Positions 42,710 to 52,901 of a stretch of DNA of 64,000 bases are shown piece after piece. Position 1 is the first letter of the stretch; each line of letters begins with the position of its first letter. The translations under genes were made by a program, and so were the position numbers. The notes under the pieces were generated by a model, which worked only from the letters and a program-made list of their open reading frames with translations, had not been told where the DNA came from and searched no databases. Source of the stretch: an uncultured virus (IMG/VR IMGVR_UViG_3300025018_000139) (taxonomy: Duplodnaviria; Heunggongvirae; Uroviricota; Caudoviricetes); the IMG/VR virus record IMGVR_UViG_3300025018_000139, one strand, 5' to 3'.

Positions 42710-43434
42710 TTTATCTATTCAATCTAGAAACACTATTAAATTCCGAACAAAGAATGAGCCAAGAAACCAAAGATATATTTCTTTCTTGGTCAAATGACAA
42801 AGAATTTTGCATCGTTACAAGACAAAGTTTTGGAAAGGCTTTTGAATGCCTTCCTTTAGAGGTTTTAGAGAATGCAAAATATATATTTTGTTTTTCAGGA
42901 AATGCAATTTATAAATCATACAAGGAAGAAATAAATTCTTACCTAAGAATTAGGTATGACACTGTTGAATGGAAAGATGAAGTTATTGATATGTGCAACG
43001 ACTTTGTAAAAAAATCAAAATATGAAAAGAAAAAAGAAGAACATATCAAAAAAGAGCCAGGCATTCTCGCGGTCTCGTCCCTTGGTCTAAACAGCACACC
43101 AGAAGAGCGTCAGGAATATTTTGAGTGGGACGCAAGCAAAAAAGAGCGCACAGCCTTCGTAAAAAAATTCAACAAGAAATTTAAAGACCTTGAAGCGTCC
43201 TTAGGTGATCAGGTGTCGGTAGAAATAAGAGAAAAAGGAAAAAACAAATCTCAAATTTTTGATTTCCTTGAAGAAAAAGAAATTGTTCTTTTTCAATGTG
43301 AAAACGAAATTGACCTGTCTCTTTCGAATAAAATTGAAAAAGAAGAAAGCGGAAAGAATCATTCAATAAAAGATTCAAAAGAAACTTTTGAAATTATATC
43401 AAGAGAATATTATGATATTAAAGCTTGTGCTTGA
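42706..43434 (+). CDS. Phosphomannomutase-like HAD-IIB protein with degenerate catalytic motifs
   Basis: ERQEYFEWD...ER...LEASLGDQVSVEI...GKNKSQI resembles the PMM family; motif I reads LFNLET. Confidence 0.7.
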   Translation: MIYLFNLETLLNSEQRMSQETKDIFLSWSNDKEFCIVTRQSFGKAFECLPLEVLENAKYIFCFSGNAIYKSYKEEINSYLRIRYDTVEWKDEVIDMCNDFVKKSKYEKKKEEHIKKEPGILAVSSLGLNSTPEERQEYFEWDASKKERTAFVKKFNKKFKDLEASLGDQVSVEIREKGKNKSQIFDFLEEKEIVLFQCENEIDLSLSNKIEKEESGKNHSIKDSKETFEIISREYYDIKACA

Positions 43435-43612
43435 TGAAAAAATAAACTATAAGGACGGAGCACGACTTCTAGAAATGAAAAGATTTCTAAAATTAAAAAA
43501 GAAATCGTGGCTAAGGAGACTTTTAGAAAATTATGCATCATATAGTCACGATTAATTGCTAAAATTTGACCAAAAATGTGGTATAATTGCATAACCCTAA
43601 AAGGATAAATTT

Positions 43613-43816
43613 ATGCAATCATCAGCAATTGAATCAGTAGACTATCAAACAAATAATGGCTCGCCATGGCTCGACGTAACATTTAAATCAGGCGGAAAAT
43701 ATCGATATTTGGATGTCCCCTTGAGTGTTTTCAACGAGCTTGCGAATGCAGAATCTTATGGAAGATTTTTCCAAAATAACATTCGAGGCCAATTTAAATT
43801 TGAAAAACTTGATTAA
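43613..43816 (+). CDS. KTSC domain protein
   Basis: SSAIESVDY...F.SGGKYRYLDVP...AESYGRFF..NIR. Confidence 0.9.
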   Translation: MQSSAIESVDYQTNNGSPWLDVTFKSGGKYRYLDVPLSVFNELANAESYGRFFQNNIRGQFKFEKLD

Positions 43817-43832
43817 TGTTTAATATAGATCC

Positions 43833-43869
43833 AATAAGCAACAGTGATATCACTGTTGCTTATTTTTTT
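43833..43869 (+). terminator. 32-bp perfect palindrome with T tract
   Basis: AATAAGCAACAGTGAT|ATCACTGTTGCTTATT followed by Ts. Confidence 0.7.
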
Positions 43870-43889
43870 GCCATAAGAAAGAAAAGAAT

Positions 43890-44348
43890 ATGATTGATAA
43901 AAATAAAAACAAGTGGAATAAGTGGTTTTTAGGTCTTGCAGAATACATTTCAACAGCCTCAAAAGATCCATCAACAAAAGTTGGGTGCGTTGTCATAGGT
44001 CCAGAACGAGATATCCGCTCAACAGGATACAACGGATTTCCTAGAGGAATTGCTGATGACGAAAGATTAAATGACCGCAACAAAAAATATCCGATTATTG
44101 TTCATGCTGAAGAGAATGCAATAGCTCAAGCAGCGATGAATGGCGTCTCTCTGAAGGGCTGTTCAATATTTGTATGGCCTTTGCCACCATGTAGCAAGTG
44201 CGCACGACTTCTTATTCAGTCCGGTATAAAAGAATGTTTTTGGTTAGATCAAGAGATTTCAGAAAGATGGAAAGAAGATACTGAACGAGCAAGAGACTTA
44301 TTTGCTGAAGCTGGCGTCAAAACTAAAAGTATTTCAAAAGAACAATAG
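43890..44348 (+). CDS. dCMP deaminase
   Basis: SKDPSTKVG, GYNGFPRG, HAEENA and PCSKC motifs. Confidence 0.93.
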   Translation: MIDKNKNKWNKWFLGLAEYISTASKDPSTKVGCVVIGPERDIRSTGYNGFPRGIADDERLNDRNKKYPIIVHAEENAIAQAAMNGVSLKGCSIFVWPLPPCSKCARLLIQSGIKECFWLDQEISERWKEDTERARDLFAEAGVKTKSISKEQ

Positions 44349-44358
44349 ATTACTTAAT

Positions 44359-44395
44359 AAAAAAAAAAGGGAGCCATGTGGCTCCCTTTTTTTTT
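44359..44395. terminator. Bidirectional intrinsic terminator between convergent genes
   Basis: A10-GGGAGCCA-TG-TGGCTCCC-T9. Confidence 0.9.
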
Positions 44396-44409
44396 GGATG
44401 ATGGATGAT

Positions 44410-45243
44410 TTAGACGGCAACTTCTGAATCGTCTTCTGAATCGAGGCTCGAATCAAAATCAGAATCATCTGAGTTTTCTTCAGAATCACTCTCAACAGCA
44501 TTATCTTCTTCGACTTGCTCAAAAGAAGTTTCGTCACTTGAAAAGAATTGACCAAAGTCAAAATCTTCAGGAACATCGGCCACATCTTCAAGAAGCTCCA
44601 TTCCACGCCAATACTGACGTGAGCGGCCTTCTCCTTCAAACTGAAGCTCGCCAGCCTGTGACATTTTGGTGAATACCTGGCCAAAACTTTGACGAGTAAG
44701 GTTGCTCTCTGGAAATAGTTGCTGAGCAATCCCCAGAATTTTCGCAGGTGACACTTTCTGGGCGGGTTCAAGACCATTGAAAATCGCCCGAACATACTGT
44801 TTTACGGTAAAAGCACCCGGTTTACGATAATTGTCTCCAAGAGATGATTCATCAACAACAGAGAGATTGTTTGAATCAGTAAGAACAGTATAGTGCGTTC
44901 CTCGTCCACGTCCAATGGTGTCAATTAAGTTGGCGCTCTTTAGCCACTTAATTCCACGCTGAACTTCGGCTTTTTCAATTCCAGACTGTTTGGAGATCCA
45001 ATCCATCTGGAGTTGTGGAGTCTCTTCAGACGCAGAAAAGGAAAGCATAGTATCAAGAACGGCAATGTCTGTTGCGTTCGGATGAAAAATGCTTTTTCGA
45101 GCACCGGCTGGGCTGGCCTTTGTTCGGCTTACAGCAGGCAGTCCTTCTAGGTCACGAATGGCCTCGATAGCAGTCTGAAGTTTGGTTACGCGACCTTTAG
45201 CGATCGCAAGATCTTGTTCGAGATTTTTGAGTGTGTTTGACAT
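44410..45243 (-). CDS. Tandem winged-helix protein with acidic tail
   Basis: Wings GRGRGTHY and GEGRSRQY; start revised to MSNTLK (AAGGA RBS) because a promoter lies in the longer ORF. Confidence 0.7.
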   Translation of the reverse strand: MSNTLKNLEQDLAIAKGRVTKLQTAIEAIRDLEGLPAVSRTKASPAGARKSIFHPNATDIAVLDTMLSFSASEETPQLQMDWISKQSGIEKAEVQRGIKWLKSANLIDTIGRGRGTHYTVLTDSNNLSVVDESSLGDNYRKPGAFTVKQYVRAIFNGLEPAQKVSPAKILGIAQQLFPESNLTRQSFGQVFTKMSQAGELQFEGEGRSRQYWRGMELLEDVADVPEDFDFGQFFSSDETSFEQVEEDNAVESDSEENSDDSDFDSSLDSEDDSEVAV

Positions 45244-45280
45244 TTTTAGTTCCTTGCCGATAGCGGCTGTGTTGAAAAGG

Positions 45281-45309
45281 ACTTTACCTTTCGTTTTTTG
45301 GAAAGTCAA
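45281..45309 (-). promoter_or_regulatory. Sigma70-type promoter
   Basis: TTGACT-N17-TAAAGT on the minus strand. Confidence 0.65.
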
Positions 45310-47177
45310 CCCCCCCCCAACAAACTTTTTTTGAAGCCCTGCGGGAACTCTTTTTCATAAGGCGCTAAGATCGCCTCTAAGCACTGGAGTTCTGGTTGGT
45401 TTTCTAGTCTTGCAAATTTGAGCAAGCGAACGATGCGCTCGTCATCCCTAGAAAGAACAAGCATGTCTGAAACGGCTTCAAGAATTTTCGCTCTTGATTT
45501 TGTAATTTTTTTATTTGTTGTCGGCCAAAATTCAAGTCTACTAAGGATCGCTTCTCTGCTTGAATTTCTGTCTTTTGCTTGAATGCTTTCAACTCTTTTT
45601 TTGAAATCTTCTTCAGTTTCATTTTCGTGAGGAGCCTCTCCCGTCTCTTCTGCCATATCAAGGGCAGCCTGAGCCAGCGCCATTTTTTTAAAGATTAATT
45701 TACGAATATGGCGCTCCAAAGGATGGTCGGCAACCAAGTGATATATTATAACCTTTTCTTTTTTCTGTCCTATTCTTTCAGTACGCCCTTCAGCCTGGAC
45801 GTTGTTTGCAGGAACCCAATCTAAATCATTAAAAATGGAAACATGTGTTCTTGTTAAAGTCAACCCTGTTCCTGCTGCCTTAATTGATAAAGCTAATCCT
45901 TTTAATTTTCCATCCTGAAACTCGTCTTTTATTTTGTGTTTCTGAGCGGAAGTCGTACCTACGCCTGTTATTGCTTTCCATCCTTTTCTTTTTGAAATTT
46001 CATTAATTGGCGCAAGATGCGCACTAAAGACCAATGGAGCTATGTCTTGTGACTCAAGATCTTCGGCCACTTGCTTTAAAACAGCAATTTTGCTTTTTGC
46101 AAGTTCTTCCTTTTCTTTCGATAAAAATTCAAAAGGAGGAATTTCATCATCGCTATAATAATTGCTGCTTCGATATACATCCCAAGCATTGTCCAAAATT
46201 CTTCTTGATTTATCTGGCAGTTCAACTTTAATTTCTATATAAATTTTATCAGGAAGTTGAATATTAACTTCTTCTCTTTTTCGTCTAAGCATTGCTTTTC
46301 TTAGCACTTTTGGAGTTTCTTTTTTTGGTCCGTTAAATTCATACCCATATTCTCCTCTATAGCCCCCAAACAAATAAAGAAACCTTGCAAAGTCTTCAAA
46401 TATTATTTTTTCTATGCCAATTGCCCTGCACATGTTCCATAATTCCATTTCTCTATTTAGAATTGGAGTGCCTGTCGCCCCTATTGTCTTGTAGGAAATT
46501 TTCATCATTTCCCTTGCTCTTCTTGATTTTATTGCCTTGTTGTTTTTCAGGGCTTGAACTTCGTCAAATATTAAAACAGTTTGGCCCATGGCCTTTCGAT
46601 CTTCGTCCGTTATGTTTGGATTTTTTCTCTTTTTGGGAGGCAATTCAAATTTATCAGGAATTAGACCATAAGTCATAATTACAACCTCTCCCGCGTCTGG
46701 ATACTTAAACATTTTTCCATTCTTAACAATGTAAGATTTGAAATCTGGTCGCCATCTGTTTATTTCATCTTTCCAATTCAATACCAAGTGAGAAGGTGCT
46801 ACAACGAGAGCGCCTTGTTTTAAATCAAGTGACATGAGAATCTGGCAGGTCTTTCCGAGACCTGGGTCGTCAGCCAATAGGCAATTTTTTTGAGAAGTTA
46901 TCCATTTTACTCCATCAATTTGATATGAATACAAACCGGCTTCTTCTGCTCTTTTTACTGCTTCTTCATTGAAATTTTCTTCTCGAAGATTGGCCATGAA
47001 CTTTTTATAGTCATCCAAATTTTCTGGACATGCTTTTTTTATACATTGCAAGCCCCTGCAAACACCAAACCATTCTTCGTTAGATTTAAATACAAAACCG
47101 TCTGTGGGATTTAGAACAGTTCCACAGACGGAGCATTTGTTGGAATACTTGTTAACAAGCATGCCAAAATATATCAT
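45306..47177 (-). CDS. SNF2-family (SMARCAL1/HARP-like) helicase
   Basis: LADDPGLGKT, FDEVQ, ATGTPILNR, AGTGLTLT and QAEGRTERIGQ motifs. Confidence 0.92.
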   Translation of the reverse strand: MIYFGMLVNKYSNKCSVCGTVLNPTDGFVFKSNEEWFGVCRGLQCIKKACPENLDDYKKFMANLREENFNEEAVKRAEEAGLYSYQIDGVKWITSQKNCLLADDPGLGKTCQILMSLDLKQGALVVAPSHLVLNWKDEINRWRPDFKSYIVKNGKMFKYPDAGEVVIMTYGLIPDKFELPPKKRKNPNITDEDRKAMGQTVLIFDEVQALKNNKAIKSRRAREMMKISYKTIGATGTPILNREMELWNMCRAIGIEKIIFEDFARFLYLFGGYRGEYGYEFNGPKKETPKVLRKAMLRRKREEVNIQLPDKIYIEIKVELPDKSRRILDNAWDVYRSSNYYSDDEIPPFEFLSKEKEELAKSKIAVLKQVAEDLESQDIAPLVFSAHLAPINEISKRKGWKAITGVGTTSAQKHKIKDEFQDGKLKGLALSIKAAGTGLTLTRTHVSIFNDLDWVPANNVQAEGRTERIGQKKEKVIIYHLVADHPLERHIRKLIFKKMALAQAALDMAEETGEAPHENETEEDFKKRVESIQAKDRNSSREAILSRLEFWPTTNKKITKSRAKILEAVSDMLVLSRDDERIVRLLKFARLENQPELQCLEAILAPYEKEFPQGFKKSLLGGG

Positions 47178-47186
47178 CTTCCTAAG

Positions 47187-47528
47187 TTATTGTGACTCTA
47201 AAAATCTTTCCATAATAACCTTTTCATAGGAATCAACAATTTTTAGACATTCAGACTCCATTTCTTCCATAACAATTGTAGAACCATCTGGCATTCTAAA
47301 TGTTTTATTTCCTATATATTCAATCATCCTATCGTTGACCAATTCTCCAACGATAGCACATAAAATCTCAACTTGTCTTTCTCTCTCTTCTTCTTTTTCT
47401 TCCAAAGATGCTTCGGAAGCATCAAGTTGCGTAGATAAATCGTCGATACTTGATTGCATTTGACTTCTACTTGGTGAACAACCAAGTAGAAGAAAGGTTC
47501 CCATAATAATTCCTAATATTTTTTTCAT
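47187..47528 (-). CDS. Coiled-coil lipoprotein
   Basis: Signal peptide with LLGC lipobox followed by a heptad-rich segment. Confidence 0.7.
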   Translation of the reverse strand: MKKILGIIMGTFLLLGCSPSRSQMQSSIDDLSTQLDASEASLEEKEEERERQVEILCAIVGELVNDRMIEYIGNKTFRMPDGSTIVMEEMESECLKIVDSYEKVIMERFLESQ

Positions 47529-49192
47529 TGTTGTACGCTCATTTCTTCCATAAATCCTCTAATAGATGAGGGATCTTCTTCTGCTATTGCACATTCTATT
47601 GTAAGCATAAGGCCTGCAATACTTGCTGCATTCTCCAAGGCAGTTTTTGTGACCTTTACAGGATCAATAATACCACGTTCTATCATATTTACAAACTCTT
47701 CATTTAGAGCATCCCAGCCAGTTTGTTTGCTGGATTCCAAAATCTTATGTAAAATAACTTCACTTGGAAAGCCAGCATTTCTTGCTATTTGTACTAATGG
47801 AGCTTTGCAAGCTTCTCTAACAATTCTAGCACCGGCTTTTTCTGCTTCGTTTCTAAAAATATCTATATAGGGATGAATGTCAGGGTCAAATTTTGAAGCA
47901 TGAATTAATGCCGTTCCACCGCCAGGTACAATTCCTTCTTCAATCGCAGCCTGGGTTGCACATAAGGCATCATCAACCCTGTCTTTTCTTTCCTTCATTT
48001 CAACCTCTGTCGCTCCTCCTACACGAATTACAGCAACACCACCAGCCAAACGAGATAATCGTCTTTTCATTAAATCAATTTCATTTTGTGACAATGTGGG
48101 ATCTTCAAGTTGCGTCTTTATATCTTCAATTCTCTTTTCAATATTTTCTTTATTTTCCTTTTTTGCAACAATTGTTGTTGTTCCTTTTCCAACAATGATC
48201 TTAACTGCTTCTCCAAGAATATGTTGATTTGGATCTCTTGGATCAACATCGGTTATTTTTATTCCGCTTGCATCTGATATTACTTTTCCATTTGTCAATA
48301 TCGCAATATCTTGAAGCATATCATGTCGAGCATTTCCAAATTCAGGAGCGCGAATCGCGCAAATGTCAAGAGTTCCTCTCATTTTGTTGACGGTTAAGCT
48401 ATTGAGAGCTTCTCCTTCAACTTCATCACAAATAAGTAAAACGCTTCTTTTTGTAGCATGAATTGGCTCAAGAATAGGAAGCAAATCTTTCATATGCTCA
48501 AATCTTTTATTTGTAATAATAATTAAAGGTTCTTTTTCAAGGTTGGCTGTAAGTTTCTCTGAATTTGTAACAAAGAATGGAGATACGTAACCCCTATTAA
48601 ATTGCATTCCTTCTGTAACTTCCAATGTAGTTTTGTTGCTTTTTGCTTCTTCTACTGTAATAACTCCGTCACGGCCAACTTTTTCCATGGCATCAGCAAG
48701 CATTTTTCCAACAGCTTCGTCTCCGTTGGCAGAAACTCTACCAATGTTCATTATTTCTTCATTTGATTTTACTTGTTCACTATTGTAAGTAAGAGATTGG
48801 CAAATAATAGGAACAGCTTTGTCAATTCCTTTTTTTAAGTCTGTAGGATTGAACCCTGCTGCAATTAATTTTAATCCTTCTTTATATATCGCATGCCCAA
48901 GGATTGTCGCTGTAGTCGTACCATCGCCACTAATGTCGACAGTTTGAGAGGCAACCTCTTTAAGCATTTGCGCGCCAAGGTTTTGAAATTGGTCTTTTAA
49001 ATTAATAGATTTTGCTACAGTTACTCCGTCTTTTGTGACATGTGGAGCCATTCCTATTTTTTCAATTACAACATTTCTTCCTCTTGGCCCTAAAGTGACT
49101 CTTACAGCGTTTGCAAGAATTTCTACTCCTTCAAGAATTTTCTTACGAGCATGATCTTCGAACAATAATTTTTTGTTTGTCTGCACTTCCAT
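47525..49192 (-). CDS. groEL: Chaperonin GroEL
   Basis: VTLGPRGRNV, TKDGVTVAK, GDGTTTAT, GGVAVIRVG, GIVPGGG and GIIDPVKV; no GGM tail. Confidence 0.97.
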   Translation of the reverse strand: MEVQTNKKLLFEDHARKKILEGVEILANAVRVTLGPRGRNVVIEKIGMAPHVTKDGVTVAKSINLKDQFQNLGAQMLKEVASQTVDISGDGTTTATILGHAIYKEGLKLIAAGFNPTDLKKGIDKAVPIICQSLTYNSEQVKSNEEIMNIGRVSANGDEAVGKMLADAMEKVGRDGVITVEEAKSNKTTLEVTEGMQFNRGYVSPFFVTNSEKLTANLEKEPLIIITNKRFEHMKDLLPILEPIHATKRSVLLICDEVEGEALNSLTVNKMRGTLDICAIRAPEFGNARHDMLQDIAILTNGKVISDASGIKITDVDPRDPNQHILGEAVKIIVGKGTTTIVAKKENKENIEKRIEDIKTQLEDPTLSQNEIDLMKRRLSRLAGGVAVIRVGGATEVEMKERKDRVDDALCATQAAIEEGIVPGGGTALIHASKFDPDIHPYIDIFRNEAEKAGARIVREACKAPLVQIARNAGFPSEVILHKILESSKQTGWDALNEEFVNMIERGIIDPVKVTKTALENAASIAGLMLTIECAIAEEDPSSIRGFMEEMSVQQ

Positions 49193-49242
49193 GCATTTAT
49201 TTTATCACCAATATGGGATGTTTGTTTGTAAGAATTGAAATT

Positions 49243-50379
49243 TTAAGTCCATGTTATTTCCGCACAAAGATTAACTTGTGTGCTTGCCGGAACTGTATCC
49301 GATCTAAAAGTTACAGCCATAATGTCCAATGCGCTAAAATTATAGCCAATTGAATTCGAAATTGCTGGTGTATAGGCTGTCGATAGGTCCATTGATGTGT
49401 CTGTATCAACCAATGTAAATGTTGCTCCGCCATCCGTGGAGCGATAAACGTCAATATCACAAGATGCATTTAGGTTTTGATCAGCAAAGACTATGAACCT
49501 ATTCAACGTTGCTCCTCGCGGAAACAAAAACAAATGAGAATTGTTACGTATGGATGATTCTCCCTGTCCATTCCATGGAACCCATAAATCTGTTGAGACC
49601 CCAGATGTGGCCAAAATAAATGTAGATTGAATTACAGAATAAATTCTTACAGCGTCAGCTTGATCGAGCCAATGAGAAGATGCATGAGATGTTGGGGTTC
49701 TTGCATCTGACAATCTTGAATCACTTGCTTGAACAACCAAACCAGCAGTTGTTTCGGCAGAGGTTGCAAGTTCAACAGTACCTCGAACTGAGGTTGTGGC
49801 TGCTGGTATTGGATCTGATCCATCACTTGCATGCTCTGATCCATGAGTGTCTGGTGTTTGAGGATCAGCCAAGAGTCCTGACAATCCTGTAACACTTATT
49901 TCATCACTTCCTCCGTTTTCATGGGAAGCTGCATGGGCTGTTGGAGTTCTTGAATCAGATAATCTTGTGTCGCTTGCTTGAACAGCAAGTCCTGCTGTTG
50001 TTTCGGCAGAAGTTGCAAGTTCAGCTATTCCTTTTGTTGTAGTTGTTGCAGTTGGAACGCTAGCTTTTGCTTGGCCAGATGTGGCCAAGTCCCAAATTAT
50101 TGATGCAGTATCTGTAACAAGCCTTTCAGCGGTTAAACTTCCGTTTGTCGCACCAACAAGATATTCGGCATTTGTTGGTGCTCCGCTTCCACTGCTTCCA
50201 GAAATATTATTGTCTCCATAAACAGTAAGATCTCCATAAACAGTAAGATCTGCTGGATGGTTTATGTCATTACCAATATCTACGCTATTAGGAAAGATTA
50301 CTTTTCTAATCTTTTTTGTTAGATTATTTAATTTTTTATAATAATCTATAAAAGGAAGATCTTTAATCTTGATATTCAT
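49243..50379 (-). CDS. Tail-fibre-like virion protein with internal duplication
   Basis: Two copies of ATT..KG/RG..ELATSAETTAGL.VQASD.RLSD.RTPT.HA.SH. Confidence 0.7.
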   Translation of the reverse strand: MNIKIKDLPFIDYYKKLNNLTKKIRKVIFPNSVDIGNDINHPADLTVYGDLTVYGDNNISGSSGSGAPTNAEYLVGATNGSLTAERLVTDTASIIWDLATSGQAKASVPTATTTTKGIAELATSAETTAGLAVQASDTRLSDSRTPTAHAASHENGGSDEISVTGLSGLLADPQTPDTHGSEHASDGSDPIPAATTSVRGTVELATSAETTAGLVVQASDSRLSDARTPTSHASSHWLDQADAVRIYSVIQSTFILATSGVSTDLWVPWNGQGESSIRNNSHLFLFPRGATLNRFIVFADQNLNASCDIDVYRSTDGGATFTLVDTDTSMDLSTAYTPAISNSIGYNFSALDIMAVTFRSDTVPASTQVNLCAEITWT

Positions 50380-50426
50380 TGCAACAATAAATATCGGTCA
50401 GATATATATTACTATAGGAGATTTTT

Positions 50427-50696
50427 ATGTCTATCAAACTAAAAAAAGAAGATATACGCAAATTGGTGTTGGAAGAGTATATTCGTGTTCTAAAAGAATT
50501 CGAAGATGAAAATGAAATGCCTCAAACAAGCGGGATTGGAGCAGTTATGCAGGTAGCTGCTAGACTAGCCGCTGACTTGCAAGGGAAGGTGGAAGCAAAA
50601 GCGGCTGCCCATCAATTGGACCCAGAAGAGCTTTACCAAGCTCTTTTGAGCCAGGTTAAACAATTAAAGCAATTAAAAGCTAAAAGACAAGAATAA
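50427..50696 (+). CDS. Hypothetical protein, putative virion protein
   Basis: N-terminus IKLKKEDIRKLVLEEY, AGGAG RBS. Confidence 0.65.
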   Translation: MSIKLKKEDIRKLVLEEYIRVLKEFEDENEMPQTSGIGAVMQVAARLAADLQGKVEAKAAAHQLDPEELYQALLSQVKQLKQLKAKRQE

Positions 50697-50697
50697 A

Positions 50698-50877
50698 CTA
50701 TAATCCAAGTTGTTTTTTTAGTTTTTCGTTTTCAATTGAGAGGTTATTGACTTGTTGTCTTAACCTCTCAATTTTTTGATTTTGTTGCTTTTTTTCAAAT
50801 TCAAGTTCATCAATTTTGACTTTGACCATTCTAGCAGCCATGATTTTGTCAATGTTTTCTTTTGTATTGCTTGCCAT
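50698..50877 (-). CDS. 59-aa coiled-coil protein (absent from the ORF track)
   Basis: MASNTKENIDKIM...ENEKLKKQLGL*. Confidence 0.55.
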   Translation of the reverse strand: MASNTKENIDKIMAARMVKVKIDELEFEKKQQNQKIERLRQQVNNLSIENEKLKKQLGL

Positions 50878-52901
50878 AATGCTATTTTTTCCTATTTAGT
50901 TTGCCAATTTCATTGTTTCTTGCATTTAAGATCGCGTATTTCAATGATTTGCCGGAACCAATAATTTTAGATGTTTTACGATTTTTGATTGTATATTGTT
51001 CCTTTCCAATAAATACTGGCTCCCATTCATCCAAATTCATTTCAAGAATTGACATTGCAAAAGCTATTTTGTTCATTTTTTCCTTTCAAAGAAAAGCTCA
51101 ACAAGGATAACTTTTTCATAATCCTTTTTTTGACGCTTAATCTTTAGCTCAAACCCTTTATCTTCAACCTCTTTGACAAAAGAAGTTGCTTCTTTTGCAT
51201 TGTTACATTCTCTTAATTCAATATCTCTTGAATTGTCTAATATTTCTGGCCCATCTAAAAGTTCTATCGCTTTATACTTCATAGCTTATTATACAAGACA
51301 TCTTGGGTTTGTCATTCATTTTTCCATGTTAAAATTTTTGAATGATCCTTTATTTGTTTTTTTAAATCTTCATTAAGATTCCACTCTTCAAGTTTTTGAT
51401 CTATATTAGAATATTCATAGTATGAATCACCATACCCTTCTCCAATTTCTTTAGAGTAAGGATAAGCATATATTTTTATATACATCTATTGTTGAAATAT
51501 GTAAAATATGGAATGAAACGAATAAATCACACCGAATTAGATGAAATTTTTAATAGATACAATAAAACTTCAATAGAAATAGAAAAAATACAAAAAACAT
51601 TAACTGAAAGCGTAATACTTTATCCTTCAGAAATTGAAGAATTAAAAGCTCATCATTCTATTTTTAGAAATTTGAAAAATTATCTTTTGGCAAGAATAAA
51701 TGATTTAATTTCTGAAACAGGATATTCTGGGCTCAAAAGAGAAGATTCAATGCTTGATTTTCAAATAAAAGATGAAGAAAAATTATATGAAAAATGGAAT
51801 AAAATGGCATTTGATGAAGGATGCAAGCCCTTTTGTGACGATCGCCGACCAAATCCTGTTATAAACGGAAAGTCACATGATCAATGGGAACAAGAATTGC
51901 GCACAAAAGAAGCAAAAGAAGCTTTGGAAAAAGAATTGAAAGTGGTCGAAAAAGAACCTATGTCTGGTTCTCCGAGGGAAACAATTTCTCCAAATCAAAT
52001 AAATCCAGACTTTAGAATATGTAGCATTTGTGGACATGATAGAGTAAGTCATAGAATAATGGATATGAAGTGCCCAGCGTCCAATGAACAATCGAAGTGG
52101 AAAGATACAAATTTTTCTCCTTCAGAAATCTATAAAACAGGCAAAAAAAAGACGATAAAAGTGGAAATAAATCAAGAAGACATGGTAAAATTTTCATCTT
52201 TTGAAGAACAAGAAAACAAAGAAAATTCTTTACAAGAAATATCTGAAAAAATTCAGTCAAAAGCATAAATGAAACACAACCGACATAAGAAACAGTCAAT
52301 TTTAAGAAAAAGATTAGAATCTTCTCTTGTGCAAGGATTAAGTCCTCTTTATGCTCAAGGAACATTTTTTGATGCATGCGTTCAAAAGAATGCCAATGAT
52401 AAAAAATTAAAAATTGCAAAAAAGAGATACCACGACCTTCTTGACCATGCCGAAGATACAATTAAGCAGATTAAAAAAGTAATAGAAGAAATGGAACTTC
52501 AAAGTGCCAAAGAACAAAAAAAGCTAAAATTGTCTGATCAAGATACAAAAAGAAATAACAAGATTAACGGCGTACCCGAGGATGATTAGTTATAATATTT
52601 TTTATTCCAAAACAAATAAGAAATCCAAGCACAAATATAAGGTAGTAAAAAACCAAGAACTTCTCTTTCATTATAGTAATTAAAGAATGGAAAATGTTTT
52701 AGAAGGGAAAAAGAAAAAAAAGAAGAGAAAAAAAAAGAAAGGACTGGGATGGGGAAATCCTCTTTATTATGGAGTTTCCCCATCCGGTGAAAGTGCCGGA
52801 TTCTCGGGAGATGGCGGAGGAATTGGGGAAAATGCTCTTAAAGAGTGCATTCGTGAAATTATAGCCTCTAAAAACTCAATTAAATAATGTAAAATATCTT
52901 T

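Noticed and set aside
45310..45318. C9/G9 homopolymer as a phase-variation switch
   Set aside because: It lies in the last three codons of the helicase and outside the adjacent promoter spacer, so length change would have little obvious effect
50734..50773. 13-bp inverted repeat as an independent element
   Set aside because: It lies inside a small minus-strand ORF; at most a terminator for the convergent 50427 gene
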